NCBI GenBank assembly: GCA_963719495.1
Contig: CAVRCI010000001.1
Span: 160,001-224,000, forward strand
Direction of reading: 5' to 3'
DNA: 64,000 bases
DNA from: an uncultured Verrucomicrobiae bacterium
GTDB taxonomy: Bacteria; Verrucomicrobiota; Verrucomicrobiia; Chthoniobacterales; JAATET01
Each line of letters starts with the position of its first letter. Within the stretch, counting starts at the first letter, position 1. The notes below the pieces were generated by a model. It had not been told where the DNA came from and searched no databases. It saw only the letters and a list, made by a program, of their open reading frames with translations. Shown piece by piece: positions 1 to 10,066 of the stretch. Both the position numbers and the translations under genes were made by a program.

Positions 1-1
1 C

Positions 2-640
2 GAGGTCGCATCCAAGGCCTTCCGCGAAGATCTCTTCTACCGACTCAACGTCGTCCGCATCCACCTCCCGCCCCTCCGCGCCCGCGTCGAGGACATCAAA
101 CTCCTCGCCGAATACTTCCTCCAAAAAGCCGCCCACCAGCGCCACCGCCCCCTCCTCCAACTCTCCGAGGAAGCCATCCGCGTCCTCGAGGGATACCCCT
201 GGCCCGGCAACGTTCGCGAACTCGAGAATACCATCCTCCGAGCCACCGTCCTCGCCACCACCGACGTCCTCCTCCCCAAGGACATCCCCCTCGGCCTCGC
301 CTCCAACAGCGTCGACCCCCTCCAAGTCGAACGCTCCGACGTCCCCAAACCCACCGTCGAGCCACCCCACCCATCACCACCAACCACCCATCACCAACCA
401 CCACCCGCGACCCCACCAGCGACGATCGACTCCGCCATCGACCTCCTCTTCGAAGCCGCCGCCACCGACGACGCGATCCAACTCCTCCCCTGGCTCGAAC
501 GCGAATTCACGTTCAAAGCCATGACCCGCACCGCCAACAACCAAGTCCAAGCCGCCAAGCTCCTGGGAATCACCAGAGCCACCCTAAGAAAGCGCCTGGA
601 AAGAAACGGAGCGCTCGGCCCCCACGAAGAAGACGATTAA
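2..640 (+). CDS. sigma54-dependent (NtrC/Fis-type) transcriptional activator, 5'-truncated by window edge
   Basis: Frame 2 reads FREDLFYRLNVVRIHLPPLR...YPWPGNVRELEN...NQVQAAKLLGITRATLRKRL (AAA+ C-terminal motifs plus Fis HTH); stop TAA 638-640. Not in the supplied ORF track. Confidence 0.93.
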   Translation, partial: EVASKAFREDLFYRLNVVRIHLPPLRARVEDIKLLAEYFLQKAAHQRHRPLLQLSEEAIRVLEGYPWPGNVRELENTILRATVLATTDVLLPKDIPLGLASNSVDPLQVERSDVPKPTVEPPHPSPPTTHHQPPPATPPATIDSAIDLLFEAAATDDAIQLLPWLEREFTFKAMTRTANNQVQAAKLLGITRATLRKRLERNGALGPHEEDD

Positions 641-939
641 AAGCAAGCGCATCAAGGAACGGCGCTTTGCAATCGTCGCACCAACCCAATCTGGCAAAGC
701 CAGATATTCCCCATTCAGGCTACTTCAAGCTGCGGCGGCTTCCAGTCGCCAAGGCTCAACTTAAGAATGAACCGAAAAGGTTCACAACCGGACGATCGAA
801 CCCATCCGATTCACAAGCTCCAAAGTGAACCACTGCGTCCTCATCGGCACCCTCATCCGCATCCGCTTCGCGACCCTCCTCGCCATCATCCTCTCCTGAG
901 CCACCGCCTTCACTCTCTTCGCCGTCGTCAACTAAGCCC

Positions 940-1842
940 GTGCTCCACGCCACCCTCCGCGCCCGCTACCTCCGGAAAGGAGCCACTCCCGCCCGCGCCA
1001 CCCTCTGGGCCACCCGCGACCGCCTCCGCATCGAGGCCGCCCACCACACCGCCCGCATCGTCCGCACCGAAGGCACCGCCAACTTCCCCACCGACGACCC
1101 CCGCCCCGTCGCCATCTTCTCCCACTTCGAATCCGCCGGCACCGTCGCCGACTCCACCCTCGCCTACCTCGAAGCCCTCCGCACCGTCGCCTCCGCCATC
1201 GTCTTCGTCACCACCTCCGGCGACCTCACCCGCGTCCGCCACCTCGCCGACCTGGCCATTCTCCGCACCAACGTCGGCTACGACTTCGGCTCCTGGAAAG
1301 TCGGCCTCACCGCCGCCCACGAAACCATCACCACCCAAGGCATCATCCTCGCCAACGACAGCGTCTACGGCCCCCGCCGCCCCTTGGCTCCAATCGTCGA
1401 ACGAATGACCCCAAGCCCGTTTTGGGGCATGACCGATTCCCACGAAATCACCCCCCACCTCCAAAGCTACTTCCTAAGCGCCACCCCAACCGTCACCACA
1501 TCCCATTGGTTCCAGCGTTTCTGGAAGCAGGTCCGCCACGTCCCCAACGCCTACAAATTCCTCATCGTCCGCTGCTACGAAATCGGCCTAAGCGAACTCG
1601 CCACGTCCAACCAAATCACCCCCACCGCAGCATACCCCATCGAAACCTTCGCCCTCCCCAACTCCGATCTGACCACCCTCAACCCCACCCAAAATTACTG
1701 GCGAGAACTCGCCACCCACAAGACCTTCCCCTTCCTAAAAAAAGGAATGCGCCGCCCGGAAAACCGAAAAAAATACCAAGCCGGAGACATCGAAGAAGTC
1801 ATATCGCAGGAATTCGGTCCACCTAAAGCAATTTCAAAGTAA
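940..1842 (+). CDS. rhamnan synthesis protein F (RgpF)-family protein
   Basis: Motifs NVGYDFGSW, IILANDSVYGP, FWGMTDS..PHLQSYFL and YEIGLS are typical of RgpF-like domains. Confidence 0.8.
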   Translation: MLHATLRARYLRKGATPARATLWATRDRLRIEAAHHTARIVRTEGTANFPTDDPRPVAIFSHFESAGTVADSTLAYLEALRTVASAIVFVTTSGDLTRVRHLADLAILRTNVGYDFGSWKVGLTAAHETITTQGIILANDSVYGPRRPLAPIVERMTPSPFWGMTDSHEITPHLQSYFLSATPTVTTSHWFQRFWKQVRHVPNAYKFLIVRCYEIGLSELATSNQITPTAAYPIETFALPNSDLTTLNPTQNYWRELATHKTFPFLKKGMRRPENRKKYQAGDIEEVISQEFGPPKAISK

Positions 1843-2229
1843 CTGGCGACCTCGATAAGAGCCGACGAAAACGGGGCGAGGACGTCTCGTCCTCGTGTTT
1901 GGATCAGGAAGGCGGGACGCCCTCCCACCGCTTGCCGGATCACATCGTCCAATCAATTTGAAAGTGCTCTAACCAGAAACAACCGACCGAAAACGGAAAA
2001 CCCCTGTATCGGTCTCCGTGCCGGAGACCTCACGCTTGCGTTGAAGCCAATCTTGCGACGGAATTGAGAACCCGTTCTGTAGCGAGCACCGGCAACCCGC
2101 GCCAGCGGGAGCCGACCGCTTTGACTTTCCGTATCCTTTGCTACCTTCGCGACCTTCTGTTCAAACCTGTATTTGTATCCGAGCGTCAGTGTTGACTCGG
2201 ACGCTCCCGCTCGCCACTTGAGTCCCGAC

Positions 2230-3516
2230 CTACCCTTCCCCAAACAAACTAGCAATCCGCCCAGCCAGCTTCCGCCGCGCCACCGAAAACGAAAAAAACC
2301 GCCGCCCCAACTCGAAATTTACGTCCCCCCAATCCTCCCGTAATCTGGCGTTCCCCAAGACCTCCCGAGTCTGCTCCACCACCTCGTTCGTCACCAGCTG
2401 CGACATCTCGATCACCTGAAACCCCAGCGGATCAATGTCCCGTGCGTAAACCGCGTAAGAATTCACCACCACCGGTTTCCGAAAATAAATCGCCTCCAGA
2501 AACGCGTTCCCAAACCCCTCGTAGGAACTCGGATAAGTCACCAGATCCGCGTGCGGATAAACGTCGTTCAGCGTGTAGACCTTCTCCCCCCGCGCGTTCA
2601 CCCCGCGCCGCTCCCCGACCCGGTCCCAGATGTCCACCGCGTCGATCCCTGCATCCACGATCCGCTCCCTAAGAAGCTCGAGGTAATCATTCCCCTCGTC
2701 CCCCGCCGGGTGCGAAAAGATCAGCTTCAGCCCCGGCATCTTCAGCCGCCGCAGCAATTCGATTGCGTGCTCGATCCCCTTCCGCGCCACCAACCGGGTC
2801 GGCTGCAGCACCAGAACGTCCGAATCCTTCACCCCGATCTCCGCCCGGAAGTCCCGCGTGTAATCGTCGATCCCCGGAGCCGGCGTCTCGAAGTCGATCA
2901 CGTTGGGCACCACCGTCGCCGGTTGACCGAATCGCTGCGCCAATTCCCGCTGCTGCATGGAATTGATCACCACGTGCTCCGTCTGCGGCAACCGAGGCGG
3001 AAAGGCCGCCCCGAGATAATCCGCCGCGGAAGTCGTCATGAACCGTTCCCGCTCCCAGGCAAAATCATGGTGGTGCGCAATCGTCGGCATCCCCGTCTCC
3101 GCCATCACCTCCGTCATCGCCAACCCCAGCGGCACGTGCATCGGAATCGCCAGAATGTTCTGCGGAATGAGCAGCTCGAGCTCGTAGCGCTCGATAAACC
3201 GATAGATCGAACTTTTGAGCCGATCCTTCATCCCATGAACCCGGTCCGAGATCTCGCGGGGCCGAGTCGTTTTCCCAAAAAGATGACCCTGCACATCCAC
3301 GACATAAGGATGCCCAAAGAACGCCAGCGGATCCAAGTGACTCACCGCGTCCGGCTTATCCAGCAACCCCGCCATCCAATAGCACGTCGCCCCCTCCGCC
3401 TCCAAAATCTGCGCCCACTTCGCCGCCTCCAGCGTCACCCCATCCGTCCCGTGAAACCGGGTCGAGATGAACCCAATCCGCTTCGGAACCCGAGTCAAAG
3501 AAACCGACAAACTCAT
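2230..3516 (-). CDS. GT4 glycosyltransferase, mannosylglucosylglycerate-synthase-like
   Basis: RIGFISTRFHGTDGVTLE N-terminus; HHHDFAWER, QPTRLVARKGIEHAI, YPSSYEGFGNAFLEA (GT-B EX7E); neighbours a GpgS-like gene. Confidence 0.8.
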   Translation of the reverse strand: MSLSVSLTRVPKRIGFISTRFHGTDGVTLEAAKWAQILEAEGATCYWMAGLLDKPDAVSHLDPLAFFGHPYVVDVQGHLFGKTTRPREISDRVHGMKDRLKSSIYRFIERYELELLIPQNILAIPMHVPLGLAMTEVMAETGMPTIAHHHDFAWERERFMTTSAADYLGAAFPPRLPQTEHVVINSMQQRELAQRFGQPATVVPNVIDFETPAPGIDDYTRDFRAEIGVKDSDVLVLQPTRLVARKGIEHAIELLRRLKMPGLKLIFSHPAGDEGNDYLELLRERIVDAGIDAVDIWDRVGERRGVNARGEKVYTLNDVYPHADLVTYPSSYEGFGNAFLEAIYFRKPVVVNSYAVYARDIDPLGFQVIEMSQLVTNEVVEQTREVLGNARLREDWGDVNFELGRRFFSFSVARRKLAGRIASLFGEG

Positions 3517-3565
3517 TCGACCCCATCAGAAGCAGGAACCCCGCCAACCCAAACAGATAGCCACG

Positions 3566-3601
3566 TACAAAACTTCGATGCGGCCGCATCGAAGTTTTGT
3601 A
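3566..3601. repeat. perfect 36-bp palindrome between divergent genes
   Basis: TACAAAACTTCGATGCGGCCGCATCGAAGTTTTGTA equals its own reverse complement. Confidence 0.95.
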
Positions 3602-3638
3602 GGTCGCGGTGGGCCGACATCCTGCTTTCGATTGATCC

Positions 3639-5273
3639 GTGCCATTCATCGAAGACCACCTCCGCACCCTGTATCCGGCGAGCCTCGGCCTCCCCCAAGC
3701 CATCGAATCCCTCATCGAGGAATTCCAAAAAAACAACCCTCGACCCGCCAAAACGGACCCCGCCCCCCACCAGGAAGTCATCCTCATCACCTACGCCGAC
3801 CAACTCACCTCCCCGGACAAAAGCCCCGTCGCCACCCTCCACGCCTTCCTCACCCACCATTCACCAGCCAAGCTCACCCTCCACCTCCTCCCCTTCTACC
3901 CCAGCTCCTCCGACGACGGCTTCAGCGTCATGGACTACACCGCCGTCGACCCCGCCAACGGCACGTGGGACGAGGTTCTCGCACTCGGCGAAGACTTCGG
4001 GCTCATGTTCGACGCGGTCTTCAACCACGCTTCCGTCCAAGGAACGTGGTTCCAAAAATTCACCACTCGGGAGCCCGGCTGGGAAACCACGTTCTTCACC
4101 GTCGAAGGCGAACCCGACCTCCGCGAAGTCGTCCGCCCCCGCACCCACCCACTCCTCACGACCTTCCCCACCGCCAGCGGCCCCAAGCGAGTCTGGACCA
4201 CCTTCAGCGCCGATCAAGCCGACCTCAACTTCGCCGACCCCCGCGTCCTCCTCCGCCTCCTCGACGTCCTTCTCCTCTACGTCGCCCGCGGCGCCCGCTT
4301 CATCCGCCTCGATGCCATCGCGTTCCTGTGGAAAGTCCCCGGCACCACTTGCATCCACCTCCCCGAAGCCCACCGCGTCATCCAGCTCATGCGAGCCGTC
4401 CTCGACCAGGCCGCACCCCACGTCCGCCTCATCACCGAAACCAACGTCCCGCACACCGACAACGTCTCCTACTTCGGCGACGGCACCAACGAAGCCCAGC
4501 TCGTCTACAACTTCGCCCTCCCACCCCTCGTCTTCCACACCCTCCTAACCGGCGACGCAACCAAGCTCCAGAGCTGGGCCCGCTCCCTCGACCTCCCCAC
4601 CGATCAGGTCACCTTCTTCAATTTCCTGGCGTCCCACGACGGCATCGGAGTCAACCCAGCCCGAGGCCTTCTAACCGAAGAAGAAATCGAAACCCTGGTC
4701 GAAACCACAAAATTCCACGGAGGCTTCGTCTCCATGAAAACCCTCCCCGACGGCACCCAGATCCCCTACGAACTCAACATCAGTTACTTCGACGCGCTCA
4801 ACGCCCCCACCCATCACCACTCACCCGTCACCAATCACGAAGCGGTCCCCCGCTTCCTCGCCGCCCACGCCATCATGTTCGCCCTCCGCGGCATCCCCGG
4901 CATTTACTTCCACAGCCTCTTCGGCAGCCGCGGCGACCGCCAAGGTGCCATCGCCAGCGGAATCAACCGCCGCATCAATCGTCAAAAACTCACCGCCGCC
5001 GATCTCGCCAACGAGTTAGCCGACCCAAGCTCCCTCCGCTCTCAAATCTTCACCGGCCTCCGCGCCCTCCTAGATCAGCGAACCAACAACCCCGACTTCA
5101 ACCCCTACGGTTCGCAGGAAATCCTCGAATCCCCAAAAGAAGTCATCGCCATTCAACGAGGCCAAACGCTCTGCCTAACCAACATCTCGCCCACCCACGT
5201 CACCGCCCACAACGAGACCCTCGCGCCCTACGAAACCCGTTGGAAAAAGACCCCACCAAATACCATTCACTAA
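3639..5273 (+). CDS. GH13_18 sugar phosphorylase, likely glucosylglycerate phosphorylase
   Basis: HLLPFYPSSSDDGF, RLDAIAFLWK (nucleophile), ITETNVPH (acid/base), ASHDGIG and PYELN. TETN and YExN match glucosylglycerate phosphorylases rather than sucrose phosphorylases (ExH, YQxN). Confidence 0.85.
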   Translation: MPFIEDHLRTLYPASLGLPQAIESLIEEFQKNNPRPAKTDPAPHQEVILITYADQLTSPDKSPVATLHAFLTHHSPAKLTLHLLPFYPSSSDDGFSVMDYTAVDPANGTWDEVLALGEDFGLMFDAVFNHASVQGTWFQKFTTREPGWETTFFTVEGEPDLREVVRPRTHPLLTTFPTASGPKRVWTTFSADQADLNFADPRVLLRLLDVLLLYVARGARFIRLDAIAFLWKVPGTTCIHLPEAHRVIQLMRAVLDQAAPHVRLITETNVPHTDNVSYFGDGTNEAQLVYNFALPPLVFHTLLTGDATKLQSWARSLDLPTDQVTFFNFLASHDGIGVNPARGLLTEEEIETLVETTKFHGGFVSMKTLPDGTQIPYELNISYFDALNAPTHHHSPVTNHEAVPRFLAAHAIMFALRGIPGIYFHSLFGSRGDRQGAIASGINRRINRQKLTAADLANELADPSSLRSQIFTGLRALLDQRTNNPDFNPYGSQEILESPKEVIAIQRGQTLCLTNISPTHVTAHNETLAPYETRWKKTPPNTIH

Positions 5274-5962
5274 TCACCCATCACGCAACTCCTCACCCCC
5301 CCCCACCCCCCGTCCTCGCCGAACCACCAGGTCCGCCACCCGGCAGCCCGCGGCGGCACCACGTCATTATCCTCCCGATCGCCGACCATCATCACCTCGC
5401 CCGGCGCGATCCCGAGATGCGCCAGCCGCGCCGTTAGCATCCGGAAAACGTGCGGATTCGGTTTACTGAACCCACTCTCGAACGACCAAACGCACAGATC
5501 CCGCTCGAACCAATCGACCTCGACCCCGCAAGCCTCCAGCTCGCGCAAAGTGTAAGCCTGCGCGTTCGAAGCGATTCCCAGAAGAATCCCCCGCCCCCGG
5601 CACGCCGCCAGAAACTCCAGCGCCCCGTCCATCACCCGCAACGACCGCCGCAACTGCATGTGCCGATACAAAAATTCCGCCTCCCCCCGTTCCGAGAGCG
5701 TGCCCAGTTCCGGCAAAGCCCGCCGCATCACGTCCCGCCAAACCACCTCGGGAAAGTCCACCCCCAACCGCACAGCCACCGAATGATCCCGCTCCACGAT
5801 CGAGCGGCATCCGGCATCGAACCCCGCCAAACTCAGCACCGGAGCCTCGCCGAAAGCCGCCGAATGAAGTTCAGCCCACCGGGCCTCCGCGTCCACCGGC
5901 CCCGGCCCCACGTCCAGAATCGTCCGATAAACGTCACAAATCACCGCCCGCATCCCCGTCAC
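5270..5962 (-). CDS. HAD-superfamily hydrolase (putative phosphatase of the solute pathway)
   Basis: Motif I variant CDVYRT, motif II ASN, motif III KP, motif IV GDREDND; GTGA overlap with the upstream glycosyltransferase. Confidence 0.85.
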   Translation of the reverse strand: MTGMRAVICDVYRTILDVGPGPVDAEARWAELHSAAFGEAPVLSLAGFDAGCRSIVERDHSVAVRLGVDFPEVVWRDVMRRALPELGTLSERGEAEFLYRHMQLRRSLRVMDGALEFLAACRGRGILLGIASNAQAYTLRELEACGVEVDWFERDLCVWSFESGFSKPNPHVFRMLTARLAHLGIAPGEVMMVGDREDNDVVPPRAAGWRTWWFGEDGGWGGVRSCVMGD

Positions 5963-7578
5963 TCCATCAAAATCGCAAACAAAAACCCAGCCCCCAAGCG
6001 TTCCCGAATCATCGCACCCTGAATCTCACCCCCTTCGCACCCTCGCGGCTTCGCGTGAGACCCCTCACTCCAAAAGCGCGCCGTATACCGCTCCACCCCC
6101 AACTCCGCTTCCGTCGCCACCGGCCAGGGAGTCACCGCCAACTCACCCCGCCAATCCCCCATCCCCGGATTCAACCCCGCACAAGCCGCCCAGGACTCCT
6201 CCGGAGGAATTGCCAGCACCGCCAACTGCCCAGCCAGCGTCAACCGCCCAAACGCCACAAGAGGGGTCACAAGAGGGGTCAGTCCGTTCATTGGTTCAGA
6301 ATCAAAAGGCACAAAAGGGGTCAGTCCGTTCATTGCAAAAGGGGTCACAAAAGGGGTCAGTCCGTTCATTGGTTCAGCAAAAGGGGTCGCAAAAGGGGTC
6401 AGTCCGTTCATTGGTTCAGAATTGCCGTCAATCAACCATCGCGGCGCTTCCGCCAATTCCCGCACCTCCTCCGGCAGACCCTCCCGCCACCGCGAGAAAA
6501 CCGCCCCCTGGCGCTTCGCCTCCGCCTCCAAATCCACCAACTCCGCCGCGATCCACACCTCATCGTAAGATTGCGGAAACCGAAACCCCCAGCCCTCGAG
6601 ATCCGGCATCACGTTCGGCAAACGCCGAGCCACCAGCGGCTTCCCCGCCGCCGCCGCCTCCAGATACGGCAGCCCAAACCCCTCCTGCACCGAGGTCATC
6701 ACCACCGCCTCGCAACCAGCGATCAGGTCCCCAATCTCCGGCCCATCTCCACTCGCCAACAGAGAAAACCGCACCCGCCACCCCCCCCGCTCCGCCGCAC
6801 CCATCAGCGCCCGAGCGTAACTCTCCTCCTCCCGCGAACTCACCCCCGCCGTCGTCACCAACCACCCCTCCGGCCGCAACCAACGGTGAAGCAGCACCGC
6901 TTCCGCCAAATTCTTCCGCCTCAAAAACCGAGTCGCCGCCACCCAAACCGGCCCATCATCGCCCAGCAACTCCCGCAACCAACCCGCGGAAGAACGGCCG
7001 CCACCTCGTCCTACCGCCATCACCGGATTCGGCAAAAGCAAGCTGCCCTCCACCCCCCGGGCATCCTGCCCATTGATCACCGCATGACGCAAAGCCGGCG
7101 AAAAAATCACCCGCCCCACCTCCGCCAGATCCGTGACCCCGGCCTCCGTCATTTCGGCCCACCGCCCCCACCGATTTTCGAACCAAAAGTCATGGTGATG
7201 CGACACCACCCGCCGCCCCCGCTCCGCCAGAGCCACCACCTCCCGAGCCAGCAGAAGATTCCGCCCCAACCCCAGATTGTGAACCCACACCACGCACCCC
7301 CGCTCGCAGATTCCCTCCAAATCCGGTCGCACCACCTCCCCCTGATCCGCCGAATACCCACACCCCGCAGCCACCACCACCTCCAGCGCCACGTCCCCCA
7401 GAGCCGCCCGCAACCCCGCCACCCACTCGTCCGCTCCGCCCTCGCCAACCAGCAAAGTCACCCGCCGCACCCCACCCGCCCGCGCCAGAGCCGGAAGAGC
7501 CATTTCGATCACCCGCCGCACCCCACCCGGACGCAAATGATAATGCATGACAACGAAATGGCCCGAAAACGGCTTCAT
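5959..7578 (-). CDS. GT4-like glycosyltransferase containing an in-frame tandem repeat insertion
   Basis: HYHLRPGGVRRVIE, HHHDFWFE, TRFLRRKNLAEA, TSVQEGFGLPYLEA; start placed at MKPF. Confidence 0.82.
   Translation of the reverse strand: MKPFSGHFVVMHYHLRPGGVRRVIEMALPALARAGGVRRVTLLVGEGGADEWVAGLRAALGDVALEVVVAAGCGYSADQGEVVRPDLEGICERGCVVWVHNLGLGRNLLLAREVVALAERGRRVVSHHHDFWFENRWGRWAEMTEAGVTDLAEVGRVIFSPALRHAVINGQDARGVEGSLLLPNPVMAVGRGGGRSSAGWLRELLGDDGPVWVAATRFLRRKNLAEAVLLHRWLRPEGWLVTTAGVSSREEESYARALMGAAERGGWRVRFSLLASGDGPEIGDLIAGCEAVVMTSVQEGFGLPYLEAAAAGKPLVARRLPNVMPDLEGWGFRFPQSYDEVWIAAELVDLEAEAKRQGAVFSRWREGLPEEVRELAEAPRWLIDGNSEPMNGLTPFATPFAEPMNGLTPFVTPFAMNGLTPFVPFDSEPMNGLTPLVTPLVAFGRLTLAGQLAVLAIPPEESWAACAGLNPGMGDWRGELAVTPWPVATEAELGVERYTARFWSEGSHAKPRGCEGGEIQGAMIRERLGAGFLFAILME
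6257..6423 (+). repeat. tandem array of GGGGTCAG-type repeat ends inside the glycosyltransferase
   Basis: Four copies of AGGGGTCAGTCCGTTCATTG plus three short CAA(A/G)AGGGGTC(A/G) stutters; translated as repeated (SEP)MNGLTP. Confidence 0.95.
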
Positions 7579-7629
7579 TCCACCATTCACCATTCACTCA
7601 TCACCAATCACCAGCCACAATTCACCCAC

Positions 7630-8838
7630 ATGGCAGACTTCTTTCAGACCGGCTCGATGGCCACCCTCCACCGCCTCGGCACGCCCGACCTCGAGCGCCT
7701 CGAGCGCGAACTCGCCGACTTCTCCGCCGAGCGACCCATCGCCCTCGTCCTCCCCTGTCACGTCAAGGAACTCGGCACCCCCGCCCTCCGCGACATCATC
7801 GCCATTCTCAAAGACGCCACCTACATCCACCAGATCGTCGTCGGCATCGACGGAGCCGACGCCAAGGATTGGAAGCGAGCCCGCAAAACCTTCGCCGCCC
7901 TTCCGCAGATCACCACCCTCCTCTGGAACGACGGTCCCCGCATCAAGAGCCTCATCGAGCGCCTCATCGCCTCCGACCTCGAACCCGGCCCCACCGGCAA
8001 AGGCCGAAATCTCTGGCTCTGCTTCGGCTACGTCCTCGCCAGCGACCGCGCCCGCGTCGTCGCCGTCCACGACTGCGACATCCTCACCTACGACCGCGCG
8101 CTTCTCGCCCGCCTCTGCTACCCCGTTGCCAACCCCACCCTCGGCTTCGACTTCTGCAAAGGCTACTCCGCCCGCTTCTCCCACAAGCTCAACGGCCGCG
8201 TCATGCGCCTCCTCGTCACCCCCCTCCTTCGCTCCCTCCAGAGCATCCTCGGCGAGCACCCCTTCCTCGTCTACATGGACACCTTCCGCTACCCCCTCGC
8301 CGGCGAAGTCTCCATGGACATCGACATCCTCCGCCGCACCCGCATTCCCGCCGACTGGGGCGTCGAGATCGGCATGCTCGCCGAAGTCTTCCGCGTCGTT
8401 TCACCGAAAGCCATCTGCCAGGTCGACCTCGCCGACCGCTACGACCACAAACACCAGGAAATCTCCGCCCGCGACGCCAGCAAGGGCCTCAACAAAATGG
8501 CCGTCGACATCGTCAAATGCGTCTTCCGCACCCTCGCCGGCCACGGCATCAAACTCGACCGCGGCCTCTTCGATACCCTCCTCTCCGCCTACGTCCGAAA
8601 AGCCGAGGACACCGTCCGCTTCTACGCCGCCGACGCCGCCATCAACGGCCTCGACTACGACCGCCACCAGGAAGAACTCGCCGTCGCCACCTTCGTCCGC
8701 AGCATCCGCGGAGCCAGCCAGGACTACCAGGACGACCCCCTGGGCGCCCCGTTGATCCCCAACTGGAACCGAGTCATCTCCGCCCTCCCCGACTTCTTCG
8801 AAACCTTCAACGAAGCCGTCAAAACCGACAACGCTTGA
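7630..8838 (-). other. antisense shadow ORFs over gpgS (not genes)
   Basis: The minus-strand ORFs 7594-8259 and 8401-8850 lie antisense to a well-supported plus-strand CDS. Confidence 0.2.
7630..8838 (+). CDS. gpgS: glucosyl-3-phosphoglycerate synthase (GpgS-like GT-A glycosyltransferase)
   Basis: True start MADFFQTGSMATLHRLG; GKGRNLW, HDCDI (DxD), FCKGYSAR..LNGRVMRL, FRYPLAGE, DWGVEIG, YDHKHQ. Confidence 0.8.
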   Translation: MADFFQTGSMATLHRLGTPDLERLERELADFSAERPIALVLPCHVKELGTPALRDIIAILKDATYIHQIVVGIDGADAKDWKRARKTFAALPQITTLLWNDGPRIKSLIERLIASDLEPGPTGKGRNLWLCFGYVLASDRARVVAVHDCDILTYDRALLARLCYPVANPTLGFDFCKGYSARFSHKLNGRVMRLLVTPLLRSLQSILGEHPFLVYMDTFRYPLAGEVSMDIDILRRTRIPADWGVEIGMLAEVFRVVSPKAICQVDLADRYDHKHQEISARDASKGLNKMAVDIVKCVFRTLAGHGIKLDRGLFDTLLSAYVRKAEDTVRFYAADAAINGLDYDRHQEELAVATFVRSIRGASQDYQDDPLGAPLIPNWNRVISALPDFFETFNEAVKTDNA

Positions 8839-8897
8839 GTTCCAAGCCAAGCCAGCGACACTTAAGTCTTAATTCTCAAAACTGCAAACCTCACAAG

Positions 8898-9131
8898 ATG
8901 CTCAAAAGGCACACCCCATCCTTGGAAACCGTCTGGCAGCAATGGGAAAGCCGGAAACGCGCCCGCAAATGGCTAGCGTCCCGCCCCCAGCGCCCCGACC
9001 GCAAACCCACGCCCCCCAACAGCGAGCCGTGGCTGAAAGAACCACCGCAATCCGTGTCCGATCTCGTTCACATCTCCGACCGCGTAGCCGAAATCACCCA
9101 ATGGGTTCACCAACGGCTGAACAAATCCTAG
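8898..9131 (+). CDS. small hypothetical protein, likely partner of the downstream nucleotidyltransferase
   Basis: 77-aa ORF MLKRHTPSLETVWQQWESRK... overlapping the start of the NTase gene. Confidence 0.45.
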   Translation: MLKRHTPSLETVWQQWESRKRARKWLASRPQRPDRKPTPPNSEPWLKEPPQSVSDLVHISDRVAEITQWVHQRLNKS

Positions 9132-9790
9132 AGGGCATCGCCGCCACCCACCGGGTCATCATCCTCGGAGGCCTCGCCGTCATCGCGCACGGACATCCCC
9201 GAACGACCGACGACTCCGGCATCTGGCTCGATCCCAATCCCGGCATCGACGCGTGGTGTCAAACGATCCGCAAAGCCCTCCAGAGCATTCCAAATTATTA
9301 CCTCTTCGACATCGAATTTCAGGATTCAATCGACCCGGCCGACCTCGAATCCACGATCAACCGAATCGGCATGATCCGGATCGCCGGCCTCAACCGCTAC
9401 CTCGACATCTTTTACCAACCAAACCAACTGGAACCTGAGGACTTCGACGAGGCCTAGGAAAGTTCGTCCCTTCGGCTCGGCGAGACCAAGGTCCTCGACG
9501 AACCCTACCTCATCGCGACGAAGATCGGCACCCCGCGCAAACGAGACGTCGACGACATCCACTTCCTCGAAGGCCGCCTCCAAGAAACCCTCGCCCCCCG
9601 CCTCAAAGTCTGCGACCTCCCCGAAGCCGAGCGAGCCTTCACCCGCTACGCCGACCACGTCACCTGCCTGGCCGCCATGGAAAACCCAACCAAATCCATC
9701 CGCTACCTAGGACTTCAAGTCCTCCAAGAGCTAGCCGCCGAAAACAACCCCTTCGCCCAAGAAGCTCTAACCAACCTCAAGACCGAATAA
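9101..9790 (+). pseudogene. nucleotidyltransferase (AbiEii/DUF6036-like) with premature stop
   Basis: IILGGLAVIAHGHPRTTDDSGIW (GGxA...RxTxDxD, last Asp lost); in-frame TAG 9455-9457 at FDEA* (probably W); frame continues LIATKIGTPRKRDVDDIHFL to TAA 9790. Confidence 0.8.
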
Positions 9791-9881
9791 GGGCGCAGCC
9801 CCTGGAGGGCGAGGCTCCCGCCGAGCCACCTCGGCACCAAACCCCGCCCAATCCCACCACCCCCCGCCGAATCGGCAAAGG

Positions 9882-9962
9882 TGGGGAACGCACGCCTCCC
9901 GGCGTGCGAGATGCACCGTCCCGGTGCATCCCATCGGCAAATCGAGCAGAGCGAGAGAGCCG
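9882..9962 (+). repeat. double-hairpin REP-like element (copy 1)
   Basis: TGGGGAACGCACGCC-TCCC-GGCGTGC GA GATGCACCG-TCC-CGGTGCATC...GCGAGAGAGCCG; homologous copy at 44605-44684. Confidence 0.85.
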
Positions 9963-10066
9963 CATCGAACAATTCTCGCCCCCGCCGCGCCGAATTGCCT
10001 ACCCTCCGTCCGCAACAATCCTGAAAATCACGTAAATCCTGTCCAAAAACTCAGGAAAACGCCGCC

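Noticed and set aside
825..935. Short hydrophobic ORF with in-frame TGA at 897
   Set aside because: Too short to assign; no evidence for selenocysteine; at most a gene remnant.
6257..6423. CRISPR-like array
   Set aside because: No unique spacers of regular length and no cas genes; units are partial tandem copies.
6055..7629. N-terminal 525 aa of the 927-aa ORF
   Set aside because: R/P/H-rich antisense shadow of the minus-strand glycosyltransferase; the real gene starts at 7630.
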